64,000 nt of DNA from an uncultured virus (IMG/VR IMGVR_UViG_3300030104_003662). Lineage: Duplodnaviria; Heunggongvirae; Uroviricota; Caudoviricetes. The stretch's first letter is position 1. Each line of letters starts with the position of its first letter. The DNA is taken from positions 1 to 64,000 of the IMG/VR virus record IMGVR_UViG_3300030104_003662. The stretch is one strand, 5' to 3'. The position numbers were made by a program, and so were the translations under genes. The notes beneath the pieces were generated by a model. That model saw nothing but the letters and a program-made list of their open reading frames with translations, ran no database searches and was not told where the DNA came from. Positions 43,334-57,300 of this stretch are shown here, piece by piece.

Positions 43334-45349
43334 GTGGCGTTACCAATTAGATTACTAGCAGGTCCCAAAGGGGAGATAGAAATACCATTGGAGGCGCAAT
43401 CTATTGACATCGCGGTTGATAGAAAGGCAAGTACTATTCCTACTCCTAATATGGAAAGATTCGCAATTGATACAAATACACCTTCGATTGAGATTGAAAT
43501 TGCAGGTATTTTACAAGACGACGAGCCTTCTTTTGAATCGGAATCTACTACTTCTTCTAATTTAAGCGGCTCAGTTATGATTAACTTTGCTTCTAATTTT
43601 CCAACAACTGTTTCTAAGTTTGGTGACAACCTTAGTCGTACATCTACCGACATTCACGGGAATAATACTATTGTTGGTTTTTTTGATAACATCAAGTTAA
43701 GAAGTTCAGTAAATGCACAATTTGGAACAACTAGTTCTAGCACAGTGGTGGATATAATAGACATTGATGATGTAAGTATCTTTACCTTAGAACAGGCGAT
43801 TAAAAATAATATATCTAGCATAAGTAACAAACAAGAACATGGCCCTTTTACTGGTGCAGAAGTTAACAACGGTTCAGGTATCTCGGTAGGAGCGACGGCG
43901 ATTGCATATGATGGTTTATCTTCTCATTCTATATCTAATGGTAATTTACTAAACAGCAACGGTGATACAGTAATTAGAATAGGTGATAGAATACACAAAA
44001 GTTCAGGTGCGTTGATTGGGACAGTAACTAACTTAACTACAACTGTCATTACAGTAGATAGTGCTAGAGTTACACTTGCAGATGATGAAGATATATTGTG
44101 TTTCAAAGCAGCACTTTTTACTAGACAAGGTCAGTTAGTAGGTCACTTAACTGACATCACTCTGAATAGCGATGCAAGTAAAGTTACGACTATTACTTTA
44201 GATACAATGAATGTGCCTATAAATGACTCAGAAAAATACTTCATTGATGTACTCGGTATGAGTATCTTTGAAGCAACATTGCACGATAAAGAATTGCACT
44301 TTTTCCCTAACTTTTGCCGTGCGTATACAGGCGGTTATCTTAGTACCATAACTCGCACTCCTCTTAATGTAATACTTCGATTTAATGCTAACGAAGTAGC
44401 ACACAATACCTATACTACAGCAAGTACCGATGGAGAAGAGCCAAGGATTATACAAAGCGGTATCTTTAACCTAGGTATGGCGGTTAATAAACAAGATATA
44501 ATTGTAGAATTACCCATCAAGGACCTTAGTACCAAAGCGGCTGGTGGTAACCCTGCTGCACAATTAGCACTTATGGTACAGGATGCTTTGGAAATCTCCG
44601 ATAATGCAATGGTAAATAGTAACGATTACATAACTTCTACAAACGGTAATAGTATTTTATCTGCATTTGATACAACCGTAAGTGGACCTTTGATTTCAGT
44701 CACTCAAAAAGACAAAGCGCTAGATGGTTATACTCAGACTAAGCGACCTTGTAATCCTTTTAATTCTAATTTAAGTTCAAACAAGGCTAGGTTTGAATAC
44801 TTTGGAGCAGATGCTGAAAACCTGTCAATTAGTAACAAAAGTAAATCTGCTGGTGACAAAGTACAAGACTTACTAGGGCTTGTTTCTAATGCCAAAAAGA
44901 ATGAAGATTTGATAAGAGGTATACAGATACCTTACGACAGCCTCATTCAGAGTTCAGGTGTGACCGGAGTTGCGAGAAACTTTTTCCTTACATTTGGAGC
45001 GCAGTCAATTGACGACAAAGGTTCGTTGGCTAATACTATCAGCGCATCTAAAAAGATGGTTCCTTCTTTGCTACCCCATGACCTTGGTGGTGACCCTGTT
45101 GACGAAACAGACGAAGATTGGTCAGAAAAGTTCTTTTTAGGAGAATTAGCAAGCGCTGTTGGCACTTTGACTAACTTTGTAGGCAATCTTATCGGTGATA
45201 CATTAGTAACTTTACAAACAGTAGGTCATGGTAATGACGGTGGTATTAGGATTATACCTGAAAAACTACATGTACGGTATGATGCTGGCAACAACTACTA
45301 CGCCTTTAATCTTAAATTAATGGCTTCTGACTTTGTGATTGGGGTATAG
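43334..45349 (+). CDS. Second Dit-like paralog with different insertions
   Basis: Shares PIRL..L[DE]AxSID, EIxG..DDE, KSAGDKVQD, IRGIQIPY, RNxFLT and YxFxLK..AxD with 40850..43324. Confidence 0.65.
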   Translation: MALPIRLLAGPKGEIEIPLEAQSIDIAVDRKASTIPTPNMERFAIDTNTPSIEIEIAGILQDDEPSFESESTTSSNLSGSVMINFASNFPTTVSKFGDNLSRTSTDIHGNNTIVGFFDNIKLRSSVNAQFGTTSSSTVVDIIDIDDVSIFTLEQAIKNNISSISNKQEHGPFTGAEVNNGSGISVGATAIAYDGLSSHSISNGNLLNSNGDTVIRIGDRIHKSSGALIGTVTNLTTTVITVDSARVTLADDEDILCFKAALFTRQGQLVGHLTDITLNSDASKVTTITLDTMNVPINDSEKYFIDVLGMSIFEATLHDKELHFFPNFCRAYTGGYLSTITRTPLNVILRFNANEVAHNTYTTASTDGEEPRIIQSGIFNLGMAVNKQDIIVELPIKDLSTKAAGGNPAAQLALMVQDALEISDNAMVNSNDYITSTNGNSILSAFDTTVSGPLISVTQKDKALDGYTQTKRPCNPFNSNLSSNKARFEYFGADAENLSISNKSKSAGDKVQDLLGLVSNAKKNEDLIRGIQIPYDSLIQSSGVTGVARNFFLTFGAQSIDDKGSLANTISASKKMVPSLLPHDLGGDPVDETDEDWSEKFFLGELASAVGTLTNFVGNLIGDTLVTLQTVGHGNDGGIRIIPEKLHVRYDAGNNYYAFNLKLMASDFVIGV

Positions 45350-45351
45350 AT

Positions 45352-48300
45352 ATGAGTATAGTAATTGACCCCGGATACGCCCTTTCCTTCAATGGGGTAA
45401 CTGACGGTGTCTTGGTACCTAGTAATCAAAATGTGATACATGGTAAAAGTGACGAAGGTAGAAAGTCTTTACCTGCCGCCTTACATTCATTTACACTTGA
45501 AACATGGATTATGCCTGACTGTGGTGGTATTGTCTATGAGTATGAAAATATGATGCGACTAACGGTAGGTAGTCCTTCTAGTCCCGCCCCTGCTACTTTT
45601 GAGATTAATTTAGAAAATGTAGCGGCTGGAACAAAAAGCGTACATACAATCAGTAGTGCAAAGCCTGTTAACAAGATTAACGGAGATTTTGCTTACTGGG
45701 ATGGTATACTATTCCCACAACCTGCGCTCAATATGCACAATTCTTACATTGCGACAGACGCCGCTGTAAATGACTCTACTGCACTAAACGACGGGCATAG
45801 AGAGTTACTCAATGTAACTGTTACATTTAATCGCCGCTATCTATCAATGCACATCAATGGTGACTTGGTCGTTGCTAAGGAGTTTGAAGAGAATCAGCAG
45901 ATAGTTTTGTCTCCTTCAAATATGTACTTAGGAGGTAAAGGTGGAGAGTACAGAGGTACTATTGAGGCTATCCATCTGTCAAGAGGTGAAAAGAAGTCAG
46001 GTAGGAGTGAGTTCGCTCCTGTCAAAAGCGATGACACAATCGGACTTTGGAGATTTGAAGAGCCTATTGAGCCTATTTCTCTGATAACTACTACGCCTTC
46101 TATATCTGCTTCTACTAGTGCTAGTTCAAGTATTAACATAGGCGTAGCAGCCGCTACTGCTTTGGTTAATCAGTTTAAGAACGGAGTCTCAGTTGTAGTC
46201 GGTAATGCTATTAATTTTACAACTCAAAGTCCTTGGAGTTCTCAAGGCTCTTACAAAATAAAAGTGCACGGTGCTACATCTTCTAGTGATGCGACTATAC
46301 CAAAAGTTCCTTACAATATAATCGTTAACCCGCTAGGCTATGTCTCTACTACTGGTAAGCCTACCAACAAAGCCCCTGAGCGACTAAGACTCATGGCAGT
46401 TGATGGTGATGCTGGCACTATCACAGTTGAGTCAATTCACCTTGACTTTGCATCGAATGCTTCTACTGGTCGTAGAGGTGCATTACAGGCACATGATGCT
46501 GGTCGCTTCGTAGTAGTAACGGGCGATTGCCTAGTTGACGGGGGTAACGGTAATGTGTATCAGCCACAAGGTAGCGGTACTCAATTTTCACACAGACAGG
46601 GCCAAGTGTGTATAGATGAAAGTAATTTTGAAAATCATGGGATTATGTTTTCAATGAGTATGGCCGTTGACAACACGGTTCACAACAAGTTCGCTGCATT
46701 TACTACTAACCCCGGTGCTGGTTTTTACTTAGGACATAGCGGTAGACACATTCTCAATCATGTAAAGAGCCATCCTTTCATGGGCTATTTGCCTCCCGCA
46801 TCTGACTTAGTAGTTGATAAGAAGTTAGATGCTTCGGCTGATGTAATATCCGCATCTTTTTCATCGCAGTATTCTGATATAAGAGGAACTGTGCCTCTAA
46901 ACTCTAAAATATCTGCATTTGATTCTCACGAACCTGTCAAGTTAGAAAATACTTTTTATTCAACCAAAGTTAACACGGTCGTAGAAAATGGAATGAGTGA
47001 CATTTCTGATACTCAGAGAGGTCTACTTGCGATAGGTGGGACTTCATTTGACCCTAGTGCATTTGCATTGAAAGCATTGGGTGCCGATACTGTTGCTGAA
47101 AACTCAAAGGCACAACTGGTACCTTCTGACGAGTCTAGGATTGCTATACTGAGCGTACCTTCTTTGGCTAGTTACGACTATGCTCCCTTTGTACAGATTC
47201 ACTACAATGCAATTTGTCACAACTCTGTAGATTTCCCTACTGCGGCTGTATCTAGGATAGACTCTTCATTTACCAGTACCGCTACTATTATTAAATTACA
47301 AAGTATCAAGTCTTTTGGCAAAACCGGAGCAGTTTTGCCAGCAACCTCTATCTCAATAGGAGGAGTAGTTGCGACCACTAACCCTGACATTACTGCTACT
47401 CTAAACCATAGTGACAATAAGATTACATTCAGTGCGAATACAGACTCCGGTTTTCAAGCAGTCGATACTACAGGAGCGATTGTTAAACTAGCGATGGATG
47501 GACCTTGTCTAATGGTTAGTAAGACATTACCTGATGTCAGTACAATAGTGACTGGTAGTACATCTATACTCGATTTGATACACACTGATATGGCTAGTGC
47601 AGACTTGGATATACTTTCTCCCGGTGGTATAGTAGAGTTCAAAGCACCCGGTATGTTTCCTTTCAAAAGCGGAGACTTAGAAGGAGATACAGAAGAAGGC
47701 ACTGTTGCAGAGACAACTTTAGACACAACGCTGTGCCCTGATAATTACTTACCTTTGGCATCTACTGACCCGCCGCAAACTACACCCCAAGGTATAGCGG
47801 TATCTGATTCTAACTTATCTACTAAGAGTTCACAGTTTAGTAAAATAATAATTAAAACCGCTACTTATGAAGACACTTTAGAAGAGACAGCAGATATAAT
47901 TAGACAAAGTTCTCAGTATGACCGGCAAAAAACTGGTGTGTTGGTAAATAATGGCAGTGGTTATTCAGCAACTGCTACCAGTATCACCGTTGATGCAGTA
48001 GACGCTCGTACTAAGTTCTCAACAGGTCAGAGTTTGTATAAGATTGATGGGACCGTATTAGGTACAATTACTTCTGTTGCAGAAACAGCCATCGGAGTGT
48101 CTGCTGGAATTACTGCGTCTTTGGTAGACAATGAAGAACTCTACAACCAGTCTATTAACATAGGTACAGGTACTACTAACCAATCTACTTCTGTTCATGA
48201 GATATTTGACATCATTGAGCATCAGATGAGTGGAGATATAGTAACTTTAACTGTTCAACCAAGCGACCGTAGAAGATTTACACAACTGGCTAGACTAAAG

Positions 48301-51300
48301 ATAGATGAAGATTCATCTAACCATTTGTCAGTAGAATACTTGATGTCAAGGGGCCGTGTACTTTCATTCAATGAAGATGATAACGGTAACTCAAACCTAC
48401 TCGCTTATGGTATTATATCCGATATAGCGGGTGCTAGTGTCAGTGCAAAAGGTGACGGTGCTCCTGATTCTCACATTGTTAAGGAAATAATGCCCGGTGC
48501 ACCTGTCGTAACAATGATGCTAGGTGGTCCGGGTCAAGGTGCAATCAACACGAAAGAGACTTGGGAGCCTAGCCCTACCGCTCGCCTTGCTTGGAATACA
48601 AGGCGTGATTGTGTTACCGAAGTAAGCGCAGTCGACACAAGTGGTCGCACTGTAACGACTTTACCTCTTAACAACCGCTCTACTGATTTACAATCTTGGG
48701 GTACATACTGTTTCCCTAAAGTCGGTAGAATATATCTTGAATTGCCAAGAACTGATGTAAACGAGCCGATTAGATTTGCTTCGGCAGAGTATTCTTCAAA
48801 GACAGGGGTTTTGTTTAACTTTGCATCAGGCACTACTCACTTAGGTTCAGGTAAGTTTGTATTGGCCGACGGTAGTGAAGCAGTAGGCTTTGCTGCTTGG
48901 GTCAGTGCTACTGGAATAAGCACAGGTCATAAATTACATGTTGATGATAAGTTCCTTGAGGAATCCATGTGTAACGACGGTACTACTGTCAATGATAGAC
49001 TATTCCAAACATTAGACAGCGTACAGCACGATTACCAATTGGGTACACAGTACGCCAGTACTCGTGCTTTAGTAGAGATACCTTTGTTTGAAGAGTTCTT
49101 CTTTGACAACCCTGACAAGGGTATATTCCCCGGCCCTGATAACAGTATGAAAATACATGTCGACGCTACACATACTGCAAGTAACTGGGCACCAAACCCA
49201 GTAGGTAGAAGACATGACGAAATTGCAACGCAAGACCCTGAAATCTTTGGTGCATTTTCCTACAGCATATCTAGTGACAGTCACAGGTCAGGGACTAAGA
49301 TTACTGCTCCGTTTACTGATACAAGCGCTCCGATTTTAATTCATGTAGAAGATGCAAGCATATTCCCTATACCTGATGCTGCCCCTGTCACCGTTGCTGG
49401 TGTTGACGGTAGTGCAAGGTATCGTAGGGCATTCTTGCCGAGCGGAGAATGGGTGCTCTACACTGCTAGAGACACAAGTGCTAACACAATTACAGCGGCC
49501 TCTGCGTCTACTGCTGGTGGCAACTGGGCAATGAGTAAGAACTTCGTCAAGGAGTTTGCAGTTGGTGCACAACTTACTCCGGCTCCGGGCTACCAAGATA
49601 TGAATTACACTCCTATTGCTGACAACCCTCTGCTTAAGAGTGCTGGATATGAAGGTAGGCGCTCTTTCTACTATGACCGCTCCAATGTAATGACACAAGG
49701 TGGTAATGTAGACTATGGTATGAGGCAATATGTCAGTGCAGTAGAGTTTAGAGCAGGGCCTCGTGTTAACCCTCATCTCGATAGAATACAGAGCGGTAGA
49801 GCCAAAGGGGTAGTACAGGCTTGGGCTAGTGGTGCTCCGACCCTTTTGTATATGAAAGATGCCAGTTTATTTCCTGATAACATAGCCGGAGTAGATGACT
49901 ATAGCGGTTATCGCTACCGCCTTGCTTGGGCACCAAGTGACTTTAGTTTGACTGGTTGTTCCTATAACAATGCTAAACTCATAACACATTCGTCGTCTAC
50001 CTTGGTCGCAGTCGGTATGGCTGTGAGTGGAGATGGTATACCTGTTGGAGCAACAGTTGAAGCAGTTATCAGTAATACTACTTTTGATTTATCGGTCGCT
50101 ACAACCGGCGGCTCTTTGAGTAGTAAGACTTTGACAATTACTTCAAACGGAGTTATAACTCATGCTCATTATAATATAAAATCTGACAATTTGCTAACTT
50201 TGACTCAGCGAGATGACGCTTTTCAACCAGCATCCGGTGACGAAGTTACACTAGTAGATATGCATGCAAGTCCTACTACGATATATCCCGAAGTCAAAGA
50301 AGGTGTATTCTTAAACAAATCTTGGGCTTATCCGTATGCTCCGGGTGGATTGCGTGACGGTGACACCGTTTGGATGAACATGCATTACACCAACCCTCAT
50401 GCGATTGAGGGACTGTTTGCTAAGAGCAGAGGCACACTCAACGAAGGCGAAGTATGGACTGGGTTCAACGGAGGGGGCGGAGCGTTTGCTGCTAATCCAA
50501 GGAACAGTATACCTATGGAGAACTTCTTGATAGGTAATAGTTGTACAGAAACGGCTCAGAACTTTGTTCAACATGTTAACAAAACGATTGAGTTAAATTA
50601 CGAAGCACTTGGATTATACGCCGAGTTCACAGTAGGTGGCGCTTCGTATAATAACGACCCGACAATTACTCACACTTCTTCTACTGCAATTGTGGTAGGT
50701 ATGGGAGTAAGTGGTAGTGGTATACCTGACGGCGCTACTGTGGCTACAGTAACCGACGCTACTCACTTTGAGTTATCTGAGGCTACCACTGGCGGCTCTA
50801 AGTCTAGTCAAACTTTGACATTTACATCTAATACACCTGCACCGACTGTCGCTTACCTAGACCCTTATCAATCTACAGAAGAGCATGCCCGTGTATTGCT
50901 GTATGATGTAGCGCATGACCGTGAGTTCATTGCCTTCCAAGACCTATGGATGCAGGTACAGAGTAGCGCTGATGCCACCAAGATAGGGGCTGCACCAGCC
51001 CACACTGCCGGTGCAATTGTGCACGATGATGGCAATTCAGGTTCTTGGATAGATGTAGCCGCCGGTTTCCCAAGCGAAAGTAAATACCTTGCTCCGACTA
51101 ATGGCTCCGATTTTATGGAGGCTGCTTATTCTCATAAGAGTACATGGAATGCTAGTACAGGTACTATACTTTCACCACATGCACCCGATGTAGGTACAAA
51201 GTATGCAACAAATGGCGCTATGCCAAGGACTAATGATGCTGTTATCAATTCTGACGACGCTATTCTAAAGCATAAGCAGATTGACAAAGACTCAAGAGAA

Positions 51301-54300
51301 GCCTCGACATTCTTTGATACTCCCGATGGTACAAGAGCGATACCAGCATTCCTTGCACTGAAAGGGATTAGAAGCAGTACCTCTGACCTAAGCGGGCATG
51401 AAGAGGCAAGATTGAATGAACTAGACCATTGGACTCAGATGGACTTCGTGCGCCGGTTAACAGTAGACTTTGGAGAGGTAGCACTTAGAGACGGTGTAAC
51501 AGACATAGAAGCAGCAGCAAGAGAAGTTGTTCGCTTAGTTAACCAAGCGGGTGCAAAGAATGGTCGTACTCACGCTAGAAGACCTGCTGACCAGTATTTA
51601 GGCGAAAGTGAAAAGTTTGATTTATCTTCACCCGGCGTAAAGGCTGGCGGATTCAGTATGGGCTTTGACCCAAGTGCTGCTCATATCAATGCTGACTTTG
51701 CAGCAACTGGTTCTACACACGACCCGGCTCCGTTTTGGGATATTAAAAGAGGATTCTCAAGTCACGACAGAGGTACGCATATGGGGTATGTTCGTGCCCA
51801 TCTTGGTAGAGTAGTTCTCGATTCTGACGGTAACAAAGGTTACTCTATCGTTATACATTCTACGATACCGGGCGCAGAAGGTAGAAACTTCTGTACTTGG
51901 TTAGATAACAGCCGTGCTCAAACACCTTATCGCCCTCAGTACCTCATTGGGCACGGTGGTAGATTCCGTAATTATTGGTGCCAACCTGATGAAATGACTG
52001 GTGAAAACATGCACCCTGCACCTATGCCTATCAATAGATTCGGTAGACCGTTCGCACCAATTACAACTTTGAAAGAATACTTACCTCCCGAAGAAACTCT
52101 TGCTTCTTTTAGCAATAATCTGAGTATAGGTCCTGAAATAGTGATTGGTTCAACACAGTCTGCTGATACCTTTAGAGAAAACGCTTCGGGTAGGAATAGT
52201 AATACAGTTATAGATGAATCGTTTGAAACCAAAAGCCCTTCATCTACACTTGTCGATGGATTGAGAACAGGTACTTCTGCTAAGTCTCGTATTAACTTCG
52301 GCGGTATGACTCAAGCAGGTATACCCGGCTGGTCTCCTGATGCTGGTAAATGGGGGATGGGCAGAGACGGAGAAGACTCTCGTTACCAATCAGTATACGG
52401 TAACGCTTCTAACGCCGCTACTGCTATGCTAAATAGTACAATATACGATACCGATAACAAAGTTGGTTATATTCCTAAAGATGATATGAAGCCCCGTAAC
52501 ATAGGTGACGGTAACATTTACGGTATTCGTTTAGTAGACCACCGAGGCGATAATCATACTGTTAGGATGATATACAAGCAGTATGGTAAGTCTTTTGCAA
52601 ATGATTTGACAATAGTACCTCCTACGATTGACGAAGAGATTGTTATTCACTTTGACGATAGAGATGTAGCACAAGGTGGATTCACAATTGGTAAGCACAT
52701 GGTAGGTACAGGAGAAGTCTGCGGTGAAAAAAGTGGAGGCACTGCTAAGCCATACAAAGGTAATCTTTGGAACAATTACCCTTCACCTGCTGTAGGAATA
52801 CATGTGACTGGTAACAAGGCTACTGATACCGGAGTAACTATGGATGTAACTTTCACTGCACCTTACAGTACAGGAGACACGCTAACTCACCCCGATGTAT
52901 TAGGTTATCTCGGATTCCCTGAGTCGGGAGTATTACAATTGACAGATGACGCAGGTACTAGTGGTGACCAAGGGATTACTATTCATTATACCAGTCGTTC
53001 TCATTACGACCACGACGGTGACACTGGTGCATCTAACAAGCATTACTTCTATGGCTGCACAGGTGGTCGTGCACTAACTACTAACGAAGGTATGCTAATT
53101 AGCCCAAGAATCAACTTCACAAGCGTACTCACTGACGAAGTGATTGCAGCAGCAGTTGAGTTTGCGATGGCTATGCCTGACCCGACAGACGATAGTATAG
53201 CAGCGACTAGTTTTGATTGCACAGGTATGTTTGCACCTGATGGTAAAACATTGGGAGAATGGGGAGTTAGCCCTACTGCGATACGAGTTAAAGCCAGTAG
53301 TAAGAGCAAAACGCCTCTAAGTAAATTATTCCAAGTATCAAGGAACAAAGATTGGGGGTTGGTCGAGGGTGCGAGTAGTGACGCCGTTGTATCTTCTAAA
53401 CACACTGGTGGGTTAAGCGATGTTGAAAGAGATGCAGGTACAAGGTTAGATGTAGGTTATATTCCTGAAACAGTGTTGCACATTACTACCCGTTACAAGG
53501 GTACTAATGCTAACACCGCTACTCCTATTCTAGTTGATAATCAGAATAACCCTGTTGACATATCCACATGGCAGAGGAACCTTCGTGGTGACAATTACAC
53601 AAGTGTAGCGGGCGACCACATTATACCAAAGGTAGACAGCCCTATGATTTTGAAAACCACCGATGATGGTACTCTAATAACAACCGCAAGTAGCACTTAC
53701 TTGTATTCAATATGCGTACCGGGTTCAGACCACGCACAGGCTTGGGGTGAGCGATTTACAATTTGGTGGGGTTCAGAAGAATACGCAGAGGTTGCTAGTA
53801 CGCCCGGAGCAGCAGTTGAAACTAAACTTACTTACGGGGCAGGTACAGGTGTTAGTGCCAACTTTGCTTCTTTCTGTCATGACAGCGACGATGAAGTTCT
53901 TATGCGAAACGGTGATGTCAAGAATGGCATGAAAACAGATGGTATTCGTAGGGCTGGGAGCAAAATGTCTAGTCCGTTCCTCTACTTTAGAGGAGGTAGA
54001 GATAGTCCCGACCATTGGGTACCACTTTACTTCGGTGGTGGTTTCAGTGGCGTTGTTATGGATATTAACGACGGTACTCAAAACGACTATGGTGATTTTT
54101 ACACGCACCCATACGCAGGTGGCCCTACAGGTTCTGCTGGTCTTCAAAATGTAGGAGAAATCGCCGGTTCCTACGCGTTACTCGATACTAACGCTATGCT
54201 GGCTATGTTTCCCGGTACACCTTACTTAGACGACCATAAAGGTAAAAATAATCCTCCTTTGTTTAATCAAGATAGCCTATTACCATTTGACATGGCGAAG

Positions 54301-57300
54301 GGTGCTAATACTAAGTTCACTGGACTTACTTATACAGATGGTAGCAACGCAGTCCACGCTAATTTACCTAGTCCAATTGTACTTAGATTTGCTCACCCTC
54401 ACGCTAGATATAGTGCTACGGGTAATACTGCTGACCAAACTATCTACATGGTATTTGGTCCCGGCCAAGCATTCCCGCACAATTCTGCTGCTTTTGAGCC
54501 ACAGGGTGCCAATATAGTTACGAGCGGTAATGGTTACAGTGCAGTGCCAATTTATACTGATGGTAGCACTGTCAGTCTTGAAACATTTTTACCTAACTCG
54601 TTGACTAATGGAGATAGCACCGTTGCCGGTTTGATAAACCATGCTAGTGGTGCCGTTATCGGACATTTACCTAGAACTACATTTTTCCAAATCAATAAAC
54701 TTTCAGCCTTTAATTACGATATGAACTGGGAGCCTACTAAAGGATTTCCAAGCGTTGCTGTAAGTGGTAGTACTACATTTGCACAAACTTACGATAGGGC
54801 ATTTTATTACGAAGGCTCTCCCTTTACATTTGGAGTAGCGTTACCACCAAGCGCTCATCCATTTAGCCATATATTTACTGACTCAAATGGTAACGCTCTT
54901 GAAACAAGTTATCACCCTGCTACAAAGAAGTCTTCTGTAATTTGGCACATGGATGGAGGCTATCATCCCGGCGGACATTTCCTTGATAACCATGTTAACA
55001 TAAATCCTAAACACGCTGTAGAAGGTGGTAGACTTGCTACAGGTAGTACTAATAAGCATAATGTATCTGCTTTCAGACCTTGTGGACTTTTGGCTAAAGC
55101 ATATTTAACTCAGTATGGAGGTTCACCTGATAATCAAGCGAATGATGACAATGTAGTATTGATAGACGCTACTCGTGTACAAAACGCAGAAGAATTAGGA
55201 GCAGTCATCAGTGCGTCTATCAACACATTCCCCGGTAAAGACCCACTCAAGGCAATAGGTGGTACCTTTTTGCCTTCAATGCAGAATGCTCACAAACAAG
55301 ATAGGTACGGCTGGGTACAGTTGGATATTGCTTCTTTTGAGCCAGCGAATAAACTGGTTGTCACTAACAATGCATCCCTTGAAACTTTACCTAAATACGG
55401 TTGGGTTCGCATTAGTGACGGTAATACCGCTGGATATGCACCTTATACTGACATAACTACTACTGCTACACTTACGGTTGCGGCTCAAGGTGACCCACAC
55501 GGTATGACTGAGAAACAAAAAGTGACTATTACCGCAGCAGATGGTACGGTAAGAATATATGTTTTGACAGATACTAACGCTGGAGGAGTTGCTACTGGGA
55601 CAGTATTGGTTTCTAATTCAGACACAGGTGCAGGTACAGCCGGAGATAGTCTAACAGGAGGCATAGCGGTTGGTATTAACTTTACAAGTGCTATCCAGCA
55701 TGATTATTTAGAACAAATCAAGACTGCAATAGAGCATGCTAACGGGCATGCTGGTAAAATTACAGTAACTGAAACAAGTACGAGTATTTTTACTTTAACC
55801 AACGCAGTTGCTGGTATTTCAGGCAATACTACGATTACAGAAGATGTCGCAAACCTTACGATTGCCGGGTTTAATGGAAATACTGGTTCAATCTTTTTAG
55901 GAAGAAGTGTTAACTCAACCGTACCGTCAGTGATTAATATCGTAGTGCCCGGTGCTGGTTATAGTGCAGCAACTGTTTCTACAAGCGGCGGTAGTGGTAC
56001 TGGGCTAACGCTGGCCCTCACAGTCGGAGGCTCCGGTGAAATTACTGGAGTTAGTATTGCTACTGCTGGTTCAGGTTATCAAGCAGGGGATTTAATAACG
56101 GCGGTAGGAGGCGACGGTGCTGGGAGAATTGATGTAGCAGGTTGTGCAAAAAGTACTTCTTTCATCAATCCTACCAATGATAGAGAAGTTACCGCTACTA
56201 GTGGGTTCAAGGCGTATGTTTGGGCGAAATCCGGTACACACCGATTGAATAATGATAACACGGTTACAACAAGAGACCATATTACCCAAGTTCACTACAA
56301 TGGGCTAATTGATGCAATAGACCGTACCAAGCCTGTAGGAGCAGTAGGCTGGGCTGGAGAAGCCTACTCTTACATGAACTCCTATACAGGTACACAAGTC
56401 GGCTCAGGTGTTTACCCTGCTGGATTAGGTGCTTGGCACCCATCCCTTGGTTTCAATCCATACGGTGCTGCTGAAACTTGTTTAGCGGCATCATCTCCAG
56501 TCGGAACAGGTGATACTGCTACTGCTACATTTTCAGATTATTGCGTCAACGGCTTGTCTTCTCGACACTTGATTGCGATTACTCACGAAAGTGAATTGCC
56601 TCTTATCGCTAAGGCTGACAGAGACGGAGTAACTTGTGCAGGTGACTGGTTGATGACGAAGGAGACTAGTAACATTATCAACGCAGGTACAATACAATGG
56701 GACACTTCTAAAGTTCACAACAAATCTCGTTACTTAGGCCCTGCGACTGGTGGTCCTCGTGTAGAAGCACAAGTGCATTCGGACTTTGTGAGGCCAACTG
56801 TTGCAGGGGATTATCCCGCCACTAGTGCAGCCGTAGCAGCCAATAAGTGGCACGATACAATAGCGTCGGGCAAAATGGTACAAGCCAACGCCTGTCTAAA
56901 TCCTACTGGTGATTTATTTTGGGATGAGAGCGTTGTTAAAGGCTCTAATTTCCATGAAGACTTTGGTACTTATGGCAAGGAATGTATAGGGGTAAGTGGT
57001 AGTGACGATTACTTGAACCCCGGTGCGTCGAGCACTGCTATGCCGCATAATGGATTATTCGGCTATTACAATACTCGCTCTGCTGCTCGTAATTTCTCAG
57101 CAGAACATGTGGTTTGGAAACGAATGGATGGCGGTAGTCTAACTATGCCAGCCGCTAATGCAAGAGGACTCGGTGCTATACCTTGGGTTAGGAGAAAAGC
57201 CTCTACTGGGCAATACTTACTTGAAGGTGAAAAAGTACTTGGTAATGTTAGGTTTAGTTTTGAATCAACTAATGCAGCAATGTTTCCAATCATACAGGCC

